From Lama glama (taxonomy: Eukaryota), in contig CM052816.1 of the NCBI GenBank assembly GCA_028534125.1, positions 2,170,001-2,232,000 on the forward strand: a DNA stretch of 62,000 nucleotides, read 5' to 3'. The first letter of the stretch is position 1, and each line of letters begins with the position of its first letter. A model generated the notes under the pieces. It saw only the letters and a program-made list of their open reading frames with translations, was not told where the DNA came from and made no database searches. This document shows, piece after piece, positions 60,543-62,000 of this stretch. Position numbers and translations under genes: made by a program.

Positions 60543-62000
60543 TCATCTCTCCATGATTCATTCTGAGGGCTGTTTTAGCCTTCATAAAATATTCATGCTA
60601 GTTGTGCATGGTTCTATAATTGCCATCTCAGGCCTTGAATTATTTATAGGTTGTACTGTTCACATAGTCTCATTTACTGATAGAGAAGATAACACCGTAC
60701 GAGCAGATCCCAAACACTCTGAGGCCTGTTACTTTGCATTAAGTAGTGGAATTATATTACTGTAGGTGTAAAACGCTGGCCTTTTTTTCCTCCTCTCCCT
60801 TTAATATATCAGTTTTGTATTTATAATATGCTAATTGTCAGGGTGCCGTTAAGCCTCATAATTCCTGCCGAGTTTTGCAGAAATCAAGATGTGGCTGAAA
60901 TGATTTAGCTCTTGATCCCAGAATGATTGTTCTTAAAAAAAAAAAACAAAACCGTCTTTACACACAGCATAATTTATTGAAATGATGTATGACTCTACAT
61001 GCATACCTGAGCCCTTTTGTTGTGTACTATTGATCAGTTTGTATGTCTCAGTGTTAACCAACACGTGGTTGGTTTGGGGAGACATTTACAAGGAGCCTTT
61101 CAAGCTTGCTGTCCCTAATTAAATACCGAGTCTCAATTATGTGACAGTTTCTCTGCACCTATTTATTTTACCTTCCTAATGCTCCTTCCCCTTTTCTGCC
61201 AACTTGGTCTCTAGTCCACATACATTATACTGTTTTGAAATGTACTCCAGGGTCTGGAGAAAACTGCCATCGCATCTCTTCTTTCTTCGCATTATTTAGT
61301 TTCAAAAGAGCATGCTAATGTTAATCAGTATCAAAAGCCTGGCTCACCACAGAGCATACTTTCCTGGTATATCACTATGCTTTTCCATGTTTAAAGCAGA
61401 AAAAAAACAGATAGGAAAATTCATGGCAGCTCGTAACACACTGATGATGTATTTTAGTTCTCTCCTGCACCAGGGGAAACTCATGAATTTTCTGCTGGTT
61501 TAGGGACTTCCAACTCTATACAAATCATTCAGCAAACCTTCCTCCATCTCCTCTCCCAAGACTGATCCATCCTTCCCCGCGAGCCTTCCTTCCATCACGC
61601 AGGCTGCCCTCCCTTCTGTGTGCGGTGTGCACTTTCCCACACCTAGATCAGCCGACTCACTGTTTCTCAAGTGGACCTGCATACTGCTGCCGGAACGTGG
61701 GGTGGGTGATTTTAAGTTGGCAGGTAGACGATTTGTAAGTGGTACCCAAATGTGGCTTTAAATAACACTAAATTGAGCAAGGAGGAAATAATTCCATGTA
61801 AAATTTCTTTCAGTGCTTCTAACTAGGCCAGGGTATCCGTTCGGTGCTAATCTGTCTTTAAGGTCTCTCTCATACATGCTTCATCTCCCTCTTTAGTAAA
61901 TACCCTTCGGCAAGAAACAGTATCTAGCCAAACTTTAGCTAGTTTTTGTTTTCTTTTGTTTTCATGGACTTTCATTTATATTACTTCCCTTTATCTAAGG

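Noticed and set aside
60223..60765. Longest ORF (180 aa)
   Set aside because: Non-ATG start; runs through an A tract and a TG microsatellite; no homology recognised.
1..62000. CRISPR array, prokaryotic operon or a named host gene
   Set aside because: The sequence is mammalian, has no regularly spaced repeats, and contains no exon I can recognise, so naming a gene would be a guess.

Overview
Mammalian, almost certainly camelid (camel/alpaca/llama), non-coding DNA: an intron or gene desert with no supportable protein-coding exon, RNA gene or prokaryotic feature. The camelid call rests on two young tRNA-derived SINEs resembling vic-1 (32033-32192 and 37731-37863, both with target-site duplications) and two related L1 3' ends. 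Other repeats are old eutherian MIR, L2, MaLR and hAT/Tigger fossils, recognised by eye from recalled consensus sequences, so boundaries and subfamily names are approximate. Between them lie repeat-poor, AT-rich, TAAT/ATTA-dense blocks that look like developmental enhancers; the host gene could not be identified. Most notable observations: (1) an old local duplication of about 245 bp (46304-46549 / 48210-48451) with a 49/49 identical core and substitutions biased to one codon phase; (2) a palindrome-dense element at 17124-17210 with a perfect 13-bp inverted repeat; (3) a GC-rich three-way-junction fold at 10059-10131; (4) a candidate 30-nt micro-exon at 55172-55201. None of these is shown to be functional by the sequence alone.
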